From assembly GCA_958009085.1 (NCBI GenBank), contig OY253678.1:248001-312000 (forward strand): 64,000 nucleotides of DNA. Reading direction: 5' to 3'. Positions 25,683-39,400 of the stretch are shown one piece after another; the first letter of the stretch is position 1; each line of letters opens with the position of its first letter. A program made the position numbers and the translations under genes. The notes beneath the pieces are model-generated. The model was given only the letters and a program-made list of their open reading frames with translations, ran no database searches and had not been told where the DNA came from. This stretch comes from Protoeuglena noctilucae. Its lineage: Eukaryota.

Positions 25683-26102
25683 GCCGCCGCGCGACTCTGC
25701 AAGGGGAGGACTGCTGAGGGAAACTTCAGCGAGGGGGGAGGGGCAGTGGCTAAGCATGGGACGGCTTTTGTGTTTGTGAGTGCTTCGCTGTTTGTTCACG
25801 GATGCGTTGCTCGATGCCCGTCGCGATGCCGCTGCGCAGGGGTTAGGCGCAGGCACGACGTTGGAAGGCCATGTGCCTGACACTGACACCGCAGTTGCCG
25901 CAGTTCAAAATCAGCCCTGGCGCCTCGCACTTACGACCGCGCATGTGTTCGTCAATGAAGAGAGCTAGACTCACTCCCTCCCTGGGCTCGAACGCCGAAT
26001 GGGATTGCGTGCACTGGGGCGTGGCGTGCACGGCCGAGCACATCTCGCAGTGGCGGGCGCATCGGAGGGGTCTGGCTGGACCTTGATACTGCTGTCGATA
26101 TC

Positions 26103-29100
26103 ATGAATCAAACGCCCGAGGCTCCGGCTACAAGGCTTGCCTCGTCGGCGCTGCGACCGCCCGACTCTGTGCTCAAGACGCCTGCGTCCTCCCGTGCGTA
26201 CCGCTGCGGCAGCGCGGGCTGCCGATGCGTCGATGCCGTCGATCTGATGCTAGTGGCTGCAGTTAGGTGGGATCGCTCTGCCCCAGGGCGAGAGCGACGT
26301 GCAGAAGCGCAGCGTTTCAGCTCCGTCCCCGCCACGATTCTGTGCGCGCAGGCAGGATCGCACAGGAGGCAGAGAGGGTTTTGGAGGACCTTCGTAGGGC
26401 GGTGCTCGGTCCGCGAGGCGCATCCACGTCTCCAGAAGTGCAGGACTATGGAGGGCGCATGGCGCGCCCCAAGGCGCCCGCGTTCGACATCAACGAACGC
26501 ATCCAAGACCTGGAGGCGCGGCTGCGGACACCCATCCGAAGGAAGCCGGCGTCGACCGACGACCGTGGACGTCGTGCGGACCTCACGGGTGCGTTTCCAG
26601 GACGTGCCATGATGTCTTGCCCAAAAAAGGGGCCAGGTGCAGGCGTGCTGCACGCTCATAACCAGGCTGCCCTCGCTGCAGGCCTGGGATCGAGCCCCGG
26701 CTCGTCGTTCCTGGAGCTGTCACGTGCCAGCAGGACGCCGCCGCGGCAGCAGCCGGCACCAGCAGCGGGGCCCAGGCAGCAGCCCGGCAGCGCTGCGTTT
26801 GCCGCGACGACCGCGGGCGTGGCAGAAGAAGCCTACAGCCGCAGGGCCACGGGAGCCAGGCAGGCCCTGCATTCACACGCGGGAGGAGCCTGGGGCCCCA
26901 CCGAGCGCCACGAGGGTCGTTGCGAGAGTCGCCGAGCGGAGGAGGCACTCGGCGACAGCTTTGAGCGGGCTTTGACGGAGGTGAGACCGGGTCGGCACCG
27001 CCATCGGGATCTGAGCGTCCGCACCGCCATGCTTTGTCACGGTGTTCCCTCGTGGTTGCTCCACCCTCGCAGGCATCCCGGGACATCAGCCGCGCACTGG
27101 ACCAGCGTACATCAGCATCGGGATCCAGGGACACTGCATCTGGGGCTCGGCCCTGGGCGGACTCGAGCGGCCACGGAAGGCAAGGTCAGCCCTCCCCATC
27201 CCCCGAGCGCAGGTCCGGGGCTGGCAACAGCGCCCACGCCCCATCGGCACCTCGCGCAGTGGAGTCCACCCGCGGCGGCAGGGACCCCTCGCCTCATGAC
27301 CTGGCCCCGTCCCCATCAGGGAAGGGCTCGGTTGGGACCAGGACGGAGACTGCCGAGGGCAGGGGCCGTGGGTCGTTTGGGCCCGGCGACGCGGCTGTGA
27401 GGGCGCTGCTGGACGGGACGGAGCGCCTGGAGGCGGAACTCGCGGCCCGAGGGCGGGAGAGAGCGCGAAGGGCGTTAGCGGGGGGCAATGGGCGAGTGAA
27501 GGAGGCCCGCTTGTCAGGGCAAGGGGCGTCGACTGGGCCCTCGGGTGCTGGCGTTCGCGACAGTGCAGAGGGCGAGGGGGCACTCGGCACAGCCAGGGGT
27601 GCAGGGTACCGGGGTGACGGTGGGCGCATCTCGCAAGCGACAGAGCCTAGGACTGGGCCATCCGCGAGGGAGGGGCTGGAGAGGTCGGCCGTCGCGAGCG
27701 CATCCCCGCCTCGTAAGCCTGTCGAGACGAGGTCCGCGTGGCAGGGGGAGGGGGCTGGGGTGCGAGGGTCGGGGTCGTTCAGCCGAGGTGTGACGGCCGA
27801 TGAGGCAGGGGGGCCAGTCGCTGCAGAGGCGCCCATGCGGGCAGGCACAAAAGCGGAGGCCGTCTCTTCCGCGCCGCGGGAGCGCCGCAGCGAAGACGCC
27901 GATGTGCGTGGCAGTCGCGACGCGGGTGTGCGTGAATCGGACGGGGCTCGTCGGGAGGCGTGGGCGGGGGCCACGGGCCCCGAGGACAGGTCCGGACAGG
28001 CCACGGGGACGCGGTACGTGGTGAACGAGGCGCAGGCAGAGGCACGGCGCTTGCAGAGACAGGCGAGCGTTGCCCTGCATGGCGCGGTGGCTGCTGGATC
28101 GGGCTCGCTGGCATTGGTGTTGTGACATGTTGCGCTCGGCAGGTGGACGACCTCGCGCGGCGGCTGAGTCAGCTAGAGGACGAGAAGGCGAGGCTAGCGT
28201 CTGAGGCGGTGGAGGCGCGTGCGAGGGCACTCGACGCCGAGGAGACGTCGCGGCGGGACAGGGCGGCACGGCGAGAGGCCGAGGACACGGTAGCGCAGGT
28301 GGGTGGCTGTGGCAGAGTCTGCGTGGGCTGCACTGCAGCGCAACTGGCGTGTGCACTGCTGAGGTGGCTGCTTGGCTGCGTGCAGAGGGACCGGGAGGTC
28401 GCTGCGGCGCGCGAGGCTTCTGATCGGGAGTCGCAGCGTGCGGAGGCCCTGCAGGAGGAGCTGAACAAGGTGCCTGTCTACACAACATGCGATGCCACGC
28501 AAGGCGCACTGTCACTATCTCAGTGTGCTTGACTCGGCAGCTGTGTAATCGCCGCGCGGGCAGACGCAACTCCCTCGCCCCGCATCTCTGTGCTTGTTTT
28601 GCTCCCCCAGTGTCGCGACCTGGCCAGCGATGCGGGGCGCCTCGAGGCTCAGCTGGGAGAGGCGGCGTCGCGTCAGGCTGCTTTAGAGCAAGATCTCGCG
28701 GAGGCGCGTAGGGACGCGGAGGAGGAGCGGGGCAAGCGGGCACAGGCAAGTTGACTGCAGGCGGGCTGTGCTTGGTGACTGGTCAGGTTGGGTGCATGCG
28801 AGCGTGCAGCACCGAGCGTGTTACAGCAATGATGTTCGTTCCATGTCTGCGCAGGTGGAGGACCTGGCGAGGAAGCTGAAGGACAAGCTGTTGGAGACGG
28901 TGTCGCGCCTCAATGCGTCCAAGGCCAAGCTGCAGGGGGCGGACGCCAGCACGCGGTCCCTGCGCGATGAGAACGCGAGACTCAAAGCCGACGTCGACCG
29001 GCTTAGCGGGGAACTCAGCGCTGCTGCCGCGGACCTGGACGGGGCCAGGGTGAGGCCGCTTGACCTGGGGCTGGGTCAGGCCTTGCCATGCAGCAGAGGC

Positions 29101-30424
29101 ATCACATGCTTGGGAGTCCTCGCGCCGTGCAGGGTGAGCGTGACCGGGCCCGGGCGGAGGTCAAGCGGCTCGGCGGGGTGTGGTCCGAGGAGCGCGCGAG
29201 GAGGGAGGCGTGCGAGCGTGACCTAGGTGACGGCCACCCACGCAACCATGCTCGCACACGCTTGCCTTGCGAGGTATCGGTCTCCCACGGCCCCGGACTG
29301 GCTGTCGCTGCGGGCAGGGAGGGCAGCGCGTTTTGCAGTGCCGAGAGACACCCGCTGGCTCGTCTGCTTGCAGAGGCCGCACGCCAGGACGCTTCGACCG
29401 CGAAGGCCAAACGGGACGCCGCCCTGGAGCGTCTGTCGGCAGCGCAGGCGGAGATCGACGACAAGGGCGGGCTGCTGGCGGACGTGGAGCAGCAGATCAC
29501 AGACCTGGAGGGGACGGTGCAGCAGACAGCGCAGGTGACGAGGGCGGTGTTGCTGCTTGCATACTGAGACCCTGGCTGAGGGACGGGACGAGCCAGGGAT
29601 ATGCGAGCGCCGATCCATGCTCATGACGCCGCATGTGCATGTTGTGAATGTGGTCTATGCGCTTTTCCCTCTCAGGAGAACCGCGTGTTGGTGGAGCAGC
29701 TGGAGCGTGTGCGGACAGAGGTGCAGGACCTGATGGGGCAGCGGGGAGCTCTCGAGGGCCGAGGACGAGCCCTGGAGGCAGAGCTGGGCCAGGCGCAGGA
29801 GGCTCTGGCGCACAAACACGCCGAGTGCGAGCAGCTGGTGGGTGCAGCCGTGGGGCGTGCAGCGGCTGCCATACCCGCCCCAGCTGCGCAGGGAGTGGTC
29901 GGCGATCCCTTGGTGTGCGAGTGACCTGCAGACGCGTCAGGTCCAGTCTCTAGCGCGGGACTTGGAGGCGGCGCGGGAGGAGGCGGAGTTCCAAGGGGAC
30001 GAGAACCGGGGGCTGGAGGGCATGGTCAAGGGGTACGAGGAGCAGAACCAGGTGAGCAGGGTGGTTGAATGGCTTTCATGGTTTATCGACACGGACCCTG
30101 TGTGGGGACGAAGAACGCTGGTCCCTGTCAGGAGGTGTTGGTGTAAACCATGGAGTGCGCTACGTAGCCTGCTTGGTTTGAACAGCTGGCTGCCTTCTGT
30201 CGCAGGAACTGGCGGAGAAGGTGGAGTTTCTGGAGGGCCAGCTCGCGGCCAAAGTGCGGCAGCTGCAGTCGCTGTCGAAGGTGGACGTGGCCACGATGGA
30301 GGAGGAGCTGGACCGCAAGGGGCGGGAGGTGCGGCAGCTGCAGGCCCAGGTGGAGAGCAAGACGCTGGAGGCCGCCGCGCTGCGGCAGCAGCTCAAGAGC
30401 CTCGGCGTAGGGGCCGAGCGGTGA
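26103..30424 (+). CDS. Large coiled-coil protein (about 13 exons), disordered N-terminal half, unknown function
   Basis: Successive in-frame E/A/R/L-rich exons (e.g. VDDLARRLSQLEDEK, VEDLARKLKDK, LEGQLAAKVRQLQ) joined by GT/GC-AG introns. Confidence 0.75.
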
Positions 30425-30585
30425 CGACGCCACGCTGTGCACGCCGAGACGAGGGCAAACCCTAGGGTATGCGTGAGGATCTGTTTGAAGCGGCCGTTGC
30501 GGCGATCCGATCAGACCTCGCATGCTCGTCTTCTGTAGCAGAGCGCGATTGAAGCTGAGGCTAGTCACTGCCCCTGGGCTGTGGA

Positions 30586-32846
30586 ATGGGGCGCGTTCGG
30601 CCCCATCCGCTGCTGGAGAAGCTCCAGGAGTGGCCCGGCGAGAAATCCGAGGTTTGCGCGGAGGTCATTGCAAAGCTCAAGAGTTCGAAAGACCTCGCAG
30701 ACGAGTTGATCGGGTACGTTCGTCGCGCAGCGTCGCCGGCAATGCAGTTGCATGTAATCAACTTTTGCACGCTCTCGGTCTCACCGAATGCGCGTTCGCT
30801 GCAGGTACCATGCGGAATGGAAGCTCACGGAGCTCGCCGAGGATGAGAATCTTCCGGCCAGCGATCGCCTCAGTCTCACGCAGACGTTGTGCACCTTGCT
30901 CGCCTCCTGCAGCGACCCTGGGATGACTCTCATTTCCGTGCCGCAAGGGAATGACACTGCAGGTGACAAGGAAGCTGTTCTGTTCCCTCACGGCTTTGGC
31001 TCTTCTGCACCTGGCCCAAAACCCCCCCCAACGCCTCCTAACTCGTCACGCCCGCGCAGACCCGCTGACTTTCTTCGTATCGCTCATCAGCGGCGTCCGC
31101 TCGGAGATGTCTTACGAACAGCAGGAAATGGCGGTCGTCTCTCTGGACTTCTTCGATCGCCTCTGCGCGTCTGAGGGCGGGGCGCGGTCTGTGCTGGCAG
31201 ACGCTGGGCTCTTGCGGGCCCTGCAGGGGGCACTGCGCGTGGCTTGCGAGGCTATCGGCGGCGCAGAGAAGCCCAGTTTCTGGAGCACCCTGACGCAGGC
31301 CGTCCTGTCGTGTGTCTCGTCGTTGGTGGCCTTGGAGGGCAACCTCTGCCATCGCGCCCTCGGGGATGCGGGCTTCGTGAGCTCTCTTGCCGCGTGCGCC
31401 GGTCCTGAGCAGAGCTCGCCGCTGCGAGCCGCCGCGTTCGAGGCCGCGGAGGCCCTCTCGTGCTGCGGCACCCTCGCCCGGGAGGTGGAGGGCCTCTTGG
31501 CACCGGCCGTGGAGGCGGTGGTGGGCGGGGTCACTGACGCCGGGGAGGAGGGGGCGCGGGCGGTGCTGGAGGCCTCGCTGGACGCCTTGCAGACGCTGTG
31601 CTCGGAGCCGGCCCTGGCCCTGCGTGCCACGGAGGCGGGGCTGCTGCGCCACGGCCTGGGATGGGCGACGAGGGGCCCGGTGTCCGTGCGCCGCAAGGCA
31701 CTCCACGCGCTGGCCGCCGTCGCCGCTTCGGACGCGCTTCTCCGGCGGCGCGTTGCGGCGCTCCCGGACTTGATAGCAACCCTGCGACGCAACCTGGGGC
31801 CCGAGGTGGGGGCGGGGCCTGCGGGTGATGGTGAGGGTGAGGGTGAGCGTGAGGGTGAGGGTGCGGGGACGAAAGTGGACGAGGACGAGAGCCCCACGGA
31901 TCGACATGGCCTGGTGCGGGCGGTGTCGATGGTCCTGGAACAGGTGGTGGGTGACGAGGGCGGGCGGAGTGCCGTGGTGGCAGCGGGGTTGCATGAGGCC
32001 CTGGCTGGGCACCTCATCAAGCGCCTGGACAAGGACTCTGTCCTCGTCGTTTCGGGTGACTGCCCGCAAGCCGTCTCGTGTCTGCGCAAGTCGCTGCAGC
32101 TGTGCGGACGAAGCGAGCCCCTTCCTTCCGCGCAGGCTGCCTGGTGCTGGAGATGCTGGCCCGGAAGGGCCCCGCGATTGCCGCCAAGGACCTTGCATGC
32201 ACCAGCCCGTCACTGGTGGACGCGCTGCACCAGTCCATGTCCCACGACCGGCGCTCTTCGCGAATCACGTCGGACGAATTCGACGCCAAGTACCGTCTGT
32301 TCCGGGAACTGACGCCTCTGCGCAGGCGCGCGGTGGGTCTCGTGGCCGCAACCGTCGCGGGCTTCGGCGTCGGAGGTGCGGTGCAGCTGCGCGCAGTCTG
32401 GGCACTGCATGGGGCACACGTTGCCGGGGCACGTGCGAGGGCTGGCACTGACACTTGCTGACGGGCTGGCCGCAGAGTATTTCGTGCCGTCGTGGATGCT
32501 GGCGGTGGCGGCCAGCGCGGTGCTGCTGCGTGGCTCGGACGCCTTCGAGCTGCACGCCACCGTCTTCCCCTGGGCAGCCACGCTCGCCATGGCCACGGCC
32601 GTCGCCTGCGTCGCCGTCAGCTGGGTGGCCCAGACGGTCGCGGTCCGCGCGGCCGTGGGTCTCCTGCTGTGGGTCTCCGTCTTCGTCATCCTGTGGATCC
32701 TGCAGGGCGGCCAGCTCTTCTCACGCATGACTGCCACCGTTGGGGGCCTCGTGACCCTCCAAGGAGCCCTGCACGCCCTGCTGGGGGGCCGCGTCGCCCT
32801 GGTCGTCGTGGCCAGTCTGTCCTTCCTCCTCGAGATGCTCCTGTGA
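30586..32846 (+). CDS. Armadillo/HEAT-like repeat protein with C-terminal multi-pass transmembrane region
   Basis: Leu/Ala-rich helical repeats in the 31059-32055 exon (e.g. VRRKALHALAAVA). The last exon encodes several hydrophobic helices ending VVVASLSFLLEMLL*. Confidence 0.65.
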
Positions 32847-32935
32847 TTCTATCAGTGGTAGTATGGCTACCGTGACGGCGTTGGCAAACTCCTGTCATCA
32901 GCCGGCCCAGACACACGCCCTCAGGAAGGCTGCCT

Positions 32936-35900
32936 TCATTGAACCACGATGGTCGTGCCTATGGCGCGCATGGCATCGAGTGCAGTGCGGCTGCCCCTGG
33001 TCGCCGCCACCCCCAGCACCTGCCACCCCACCGCCTCCGCCACCCCACCCCCCGGCCCCCCTCCCTTGGGCCACTCCACCAGCGGCGACCGCTCCAGGCA
33101 TAGCCGTCCCAACAGCGCCAAGGCCTCCCCGTTGCCAGCCAGGCACGCCTGCTCCAACAAACCCAAAGCCCTGCGAGCCAGCAAAAGATGCGAGCAGCGA
33201 TGCGGTGGCATGTCCGAGGGGGACTGCAGGCTCACGCGCACCCTGGGCGGCAGCCATCCCCCTAGACATTATCACTCCGATATTGGAACCTACCTCTCGG
33301 TCTGCCCAGCGTCCAGGAAGTGCTGTGCCAGTCGCGCCATGGCCCGGTGGTCGCCGTCGGCAGCCGCGCGCTCGTAGATCTTGACCGCAGCCAGCATGCT
33401 CGCGCTGTATCCTGCCCTCGATGACTCCGCCGCGCCCTTTCCCGCTGCGGAGACGTGCGAAGGCATCTGTGACCATCGCTTCTCAACATGTGCGCGACCC
33501 ACCCTAGCACCACAGCCGCATGTCCTCACGTACGGCCTCCCACTCCGCGTCCCGCTCCATCAGCAGCGCCAGCGTGTATAGCAGGTCCCCCTTGCGCCCC
33601 GCCAGTCCCTGCGTGGCCCGCCACAGTGCTTCCTTCGCCTCGACCGCCTGCCCCCGCCGCGCCAGGCACACGCCCCAGTTGCCCGCCCCCGCCAGGGATC
33701 CGTGGGCAGAAGCATCGCGGAAGAAGGCCACCACGTCCTCCTCGGAAGGCGCTCCCCCTATGCCATCCTGAGAGAGACGCGGGCGAGGGACGGGGCGTGT
33801 GAGCGAGGCTTCCAGAGCAACCCCCCATGCAGACGCACACATACATGCCCGTCACCTCCGCGCACACCCCCAGGTTGTTCAGGGCCGCTCCCGACGCCCG
33901 CACGCGCGAGGCCCGGGTCAGCAGCTCCCTCGCCACCGCGTCCGCCCCTGGAACACCCCCCAGCGTAGGTGCCCTTCCCTCCAGCAACATCACAGCCAGG
34001 TTGTTGAGGGCCACGGGATGGTTAGCCTCCGATGCCTGCACCGCAGAACGAGAGTTCGACAGTCTGGTGCCAGTCCAGTGCTAGCCAACTCAAACAGCCC
34101 TTCAGTCATGGCCTCGCCTTCAGGTAGAGTCGCTCGGCTTCTGCGGGGTCTTTGGGGCCGTCGTCGGCACCAGACTCGAGTAGGAACGCCAGGTCCACGG
34201 CGGCATCCACCTGCCCCGCCTGGGCTGCACGGCTCAGCAGGCTGCGGACCCGGCCGGCCGTCCCCGCACTGGACGAGGTGCGCGGGTGCGGGCTGTCGTG
34301 GTACCTGCGAGCATGACACAGACAGGCCACTTGCCGCCAAGGCACGCAGGCGAGGTCTGCACATCACAGCCCTCGCTGCTCCTCACGTGAGCAGGGCCAC
34401 CCAGTACAATGCGTCGGGGTGCCCGCCCTCGGCCGCCTTCTCCAAGCACTCCCGCGCCTTGCCCCGGTCCATGCGCAGGCCCCGCTCGCCTCGGAAGAGG
34501 CACGTGCCGAGCTTCAGCAGAGCCTCCATGTTGCCTGCCTCCGCCTCCAAGCTCAAAGCATCCGCCTCCGCATCCCAAGCGCCCGACAGACCGCGGCGGC
34601 TGCGGGGCTCGGGCGCGCCGACCGAGGCCGGCGCGGGGGCCATGCGCGTGGAAGGGACCGCGCTGGCCCATGACACGTTGCGGTGGTGCGAGGCGCGAGG
34701 GCCCGTGTGCGGCGAAGCGGCGGCCGAGGGGCGGTGGTGCGACGGACGGGTGCGGGGCGGGAGAGGGGACCTGGAGGAGCGCGGTGCGGGAATCGGACAT
34801 GACCACGCTACAACGCTCCACGACCTGGACCTCCCCACCCGGCACCTGCCCGTGCGTGCCCCTGCCGCCGACCCACCTGTGCAGGGACTGCGAGAAGACA
34901 GCGCCGGTGACGGGCCGCTCCTCCTCTGGCTCCGCCTTAGACCCCCCCGGGAGGTCCCAAATGGGCCGCGCGACGTTTGGGACGGTGCCCTCGGCCGCTG
35001 GGGCCAGGGGGACCCCCGCGACGTGGTGGAAGAGGTCGACCGCATGGCGCTGGAAGGCGTTGATGGCTTTGTCGAGTTGCCTGCATGCATGGGGAGGTTG
35101 TGATTGGTTTGTCAGTCATGAGACGGGGCAGGGTGCTGATTGAGGAAGGGGCACAGGCGCACCGCACGCAGGAGAGGAGCTCGGTGGTGAAGAAGGTGTC
35201 GCGGTTGATGAGCTTGAAGGTGCGGGAGAGACGGTGGACGTTGGCACCCGCACGGTCGAGGTCCAGGTGCAGGCGGCGCACCGGGGCGTCCCAGGGGAGG
35301 GCGGCTGGCGGGAGCGCGCTCGGGCCGCTTTGAACCGCACGCGACAGCTGGATGACCTGGTCGAGCTGCGGGGCGGAGCGCGGGGCGGATAGCGAGACAT
35401 CAGAGCTTGTCGAGGGCGCAGGAGCGCGCGGGCCATTCAAAAGTGCGGGGCACTGCATGCCACAAGCCCCAGAGCTTGTGCAGACAGCTGTATGATGGGT
35501 GCCGCATCACCTTCTCCTCCACCGCCTGCTTGCTGAGCTGCGTCTCGCGTATGAGATGCGACCGCGAGGACTCCTTCAGCCCCTTCTTCTCGGCACAGGT
35601 CGCGATATTGTTTAAGCAGAGAAGCAGCTTGGCCCTCGCATCGCCCAGCTGGGCCTCAAATACCGCACCACGATCCCCCGCTGATGGCTGGGTATCCAAC
35701 CTCGTGACGTCGATATCGTCCCCTCGGTCGGGGTGCCCCTTGCGGGGCAGACAGCGCAGCATCCACGGCGCCGTTGTCACCGCGACCTAGCCTTCGCCGT
35801 GCACGGTCGCTTCAAATGCATCCATCCGGCGCGGGTTTCTTTCTAGTGCTGCTATACAGGTGGGCCATCTGTCGCGTCAGAGAGCTTGTCCGCTTGAGCG

Positions 35901-36304
35901 GTGGGGAGCTGACATGCACGTGCAGCACACCTTAGCCTGCGCGCCTTCAAGCACTTCACACCCACCTCGGCTGTCACTTTTGACGCTTTTTGCTGCAGCC
36001 TCGCCGTTGCTGAGGCCGAGGCGCTGCACACTTTAACCCTAAGCTGCATCTCTTGGGATTTTTGGAGGGCCTTGACCGGAGTTAGCAGCTCCCATTGGCA
36101 TTCATAGATAGCGCTTAGCCCCGACTTGCGGGGTCCCCGCTGGCAATAGCTGTGTGGTGAGCCGGCCCTTTGCATGCCCTGCCTCGCGCCGTGGCAAGCC
36201 ATTATAACCGTTATTCTTGCCAAGAGCGTGTCATTGGATGCCACACTGCCTGTCTCGCCCGCCTCTGCTGCCTCAGCGCGCACAAGCTCCGCTTGGCAGG
36301 TCAT
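32936..36304 (-). CDS. Sel1-like repeat protein
   Basis: EAGNMEALLKLG..LFRG...KAAEGGHPDA, AAQAGQVDAAVDLA, ASEANHPVALNNLA, AALNNLGV, AAADGDHRAMARLA. 5' exons uncertain. Confidence 0.75.
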
Positions 36305-36425
36305 GCTCGCGACAGGTTTTGCTCGCAGACGGGCCAGGAGGGCTTTCGCAATCGTCGTTAGTCACCCACTGCATCAAAGTCCACTCCATTAATCCTCGGC
36401 TGCCCCGGGGGCGCTGGGCCACGTC

Positions 36426-39400
36426 ATGTCAGGCCCGCCGGACCCCTGGGACCCCGTGGCGGGGCGAAAGAGCGTCGGGGAGGGACGGCGCGGCGCGAAA
36501 AGCCGCATGGGAGTAGAGGGGCGAGCGGACTCTCTGGCAACGGAGGAGTTCCACGCGGCGACGGCCCTGGAGAGGATCGGTTGGGGCGTGGGCCAGGTGC
36601 CGTGGTCGTCGGCCCACGGCGCCGTCTCTCACGGCCACCCTGGCGAAGAGGAGGATCACCTGGGGTCATTCAGGCGCCAGAATCGACCCATGACCGCCGC
36701 GCCGGGCGGGTGGCGCGGTGCCGGGGGCGAGGACGGCAGTGTGGGTCCCAGCATGTCGCCCACCGGGGGACCAAGGCAGGGGCCCCATGCAAAGCAGCCG
36801 CGACCCTCGACAGCCCCGGCCGGCCCTCGGTCTCGCCGCGTGCAGTCGGTGGAGTCCCGAGCACGCCAGAGCGTCGCCGCAAGGCTAGGTGAGATCCACC
36901 CCTCCAGCGGGACAGCCTTGCTGCTGTTGTCTGGCCATGCTCAGCGCTGCAGCTATTGAGAAGGTGCGTGCCTTAACTCACGCAGGCCACCTCCCCGCGG
37001 CACTGGCGACCGCGCACGCCCGGCAGGTGCTGCTAGGGGGTTCCGTGGAGGGTGCCAAGTTTGAATCGGAGGCCAAGCGAAGGGGCCGCATCAGCAGCAG
37101 CTTGAAGGGTTCGACGGAGCATAGGGGCAGCCCGCAGCCCATGTACGCGGAGGAGATGTTCCGACCGCAGAGCTCCTCAGGTACGGCACAAGGCTGGGAA
37201 CGTGGCAGGTCACTCACAGGTCTGTTGCGACAGCCATGCGCTGTCTGTGCGTGTTGATGTTGTTGTTCCTACCAACAGGGCCTTGTGCGACTTCGCCCGC
37301 ACATGTCCTGCCCGCAGTGACCCAGCAGCTCTTCTTCCAGAGCCGCTCGCGGCCGCATTCGGCGCACCCGGGGACGGGCGGCCGCATGGTGACGTCTTGG
37401 GCGGACGCGGCGGCGGAGGCGGACGCGGACGCCGAGCGCGTGGCCATCCAGCGCCAGTTGCTGCGCGTCGCGGGGCCCATCGACCTGCAGTCGGCCGAGC
37501 ACAAGCAGATTGCCGACACGGCCGTGTGGGCGGCCGAGGAGGGCAAGATGCGGGGGACCATGGTGCGTGTCTGTTGCCCTCCACCTGGCACACGGTGGCG
37601 ACTGTCGGATGTCTTTTGCCAGGCCCCACGATGATTGCGGTGGTGACCTGCGAGGCGTGGCCGCTGCAGATGCACTGGGAGGCGACGTTGGAGAAGTCCC
37701 CCAACATCGCCGTGTACGCGGGCCCCGTGGCCAAGCTGGAGCGGGCGCTGCTGAACCTGCAGGGCCGCAAGCCCGAGATCGTGGGGAAGATCGTCGAGAT
37801 ATGCAAGCTCCTCATCGTCGTGGGGCCGCCCAAGAACGAGCAGGACGGCTCCCGCTTCGACAGGTGACGCGGGGGACATGAGCCCTGTGGCGTGCGGACA
37901 CTGCCAGGTGTGGCAAGCCCTTCTGCACATGCGCCCTTCTCCACGCCTCTCCTAAGGTCACCTGGCGTCCCTCACGCGCAGGTTCCTGGCCCTGTGCACC
38001 AGCGAGGGCATGCACCAGCGCCTCGAGTGCCCCACGGCAGAGACCTTGGAGATTCTTCTCACCCATGTCGCGCCCGACCTGGGGTCTGACCAGCAGTTCA
38101 AGGTCCTGCCCAAGGCGAGCCGCAGTCTAGGTCTTCCTGCCGTTGCCGCGCTGGGCTGACTTGACACAACGAGCAGGTGCCTTGTCACTTGGTTCGTCGC
38201 CGTTGCCACCGCCCATCCTCACCAAGCCCTGCCCCGCCTCCCACGCAGCCGGGGGCGGCCAGCGACCCGCGCCTCACGGTCCTCGCCTTCCTGCTTTTTT
38301 TGTTCAAATTCATTGAGAACCCCGCGCTCATGATGTCCGACAGCCAGCGTGGGCAGATGACGGCCCTCTCCGCGATGGCCTGCTGCTGGAAGTTCCTGCG
38401 AAGGCGAGAGAGGGCGCTTTGAGTGATCACATTGTTTTGCTCGGCTGAGAGATCCCACCCAGTTTGACAGCGCTTGACTTCACCTCTCACTCAACCCGTA
38501 CTGTAGGAGCGGCGGTGTGCGATGCGCCTCCTTATTCTGCTTGCAGCGACACGGTGCCTCACCCGGACTACGGCTGGCTAGCCATGGTGCAGATGGACGC
38601 GATGCTGACCAAGTGGCTCGGCGCGACCGACCACGCCGTCGAGGCGTCGGTGTTTGGTGAGTAATGAGCCGCAATGGCCGCGCATTCGCTGCCACCAACC
38701 AGTCCCCTGCAAGGGCCTCCACCCGCTTCGAGCTGCCGGCCTTTTCTAGACAATATCTGTGTACATGTCTTGTCACACTCACCTCCCACCCCACCACCAT
38801 CCCCGCAGCCCGCGGTGCCTGCGACGTCCTTGCGTCCATTGTCAAGCGCCTCCTGCAGCTGCACCCCGTGCTCCACGAATCGCGGGCCTACACGTCCCTT
38901 CGGCAGCACCTGGTCCAGATGTTCAGCCGGGGGGAGATGGAGAGGAGGAACTGGAGCAAGCTCATCTGCCGCAACATCGGTGATCGTGCGGCTGCGTCTC
39001 TGTGCAGTGGGTCGAGTGGATCTTTGTCAATCAGTATGGGTCTTTTGTGCTAATGTGACGTCATGCCGCTCACTGCGCCCACCCACTCTGTCCGCCCTTC
39101 CCACCCCGCCTCGCAGGCAAGATGATGTCGGTGCTGCCGGTGCCCCTGGCTCAGCTGGACAAGTCGGGGCAGCGGGGGCCCCTCACCCCGGGGGACAAGC
39201 TGCGGGGATCCCAGAGCTTTGCCCTGGACGCCAAGGGGTCACCCCGGCACCCGCGCCTGGCGTGCACGAGCTCCCCCGAGGCCCGGGCGCGGCCGCGGTC
39301 GGCGCGGGGGAGGCTGCTGGAGGGGGTGGAGGTGGAGGACGCGGCGTCTGTGGCCGTCCGCAAGTCGGGCATCCTCCTCGGGCAGCTGCCGGACTTCTTG

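Noticed and set aside
31826..31863. gagggt microsatellite
   Set aside because: It is an in-frame low-complexity GE linker within the ARM protein.
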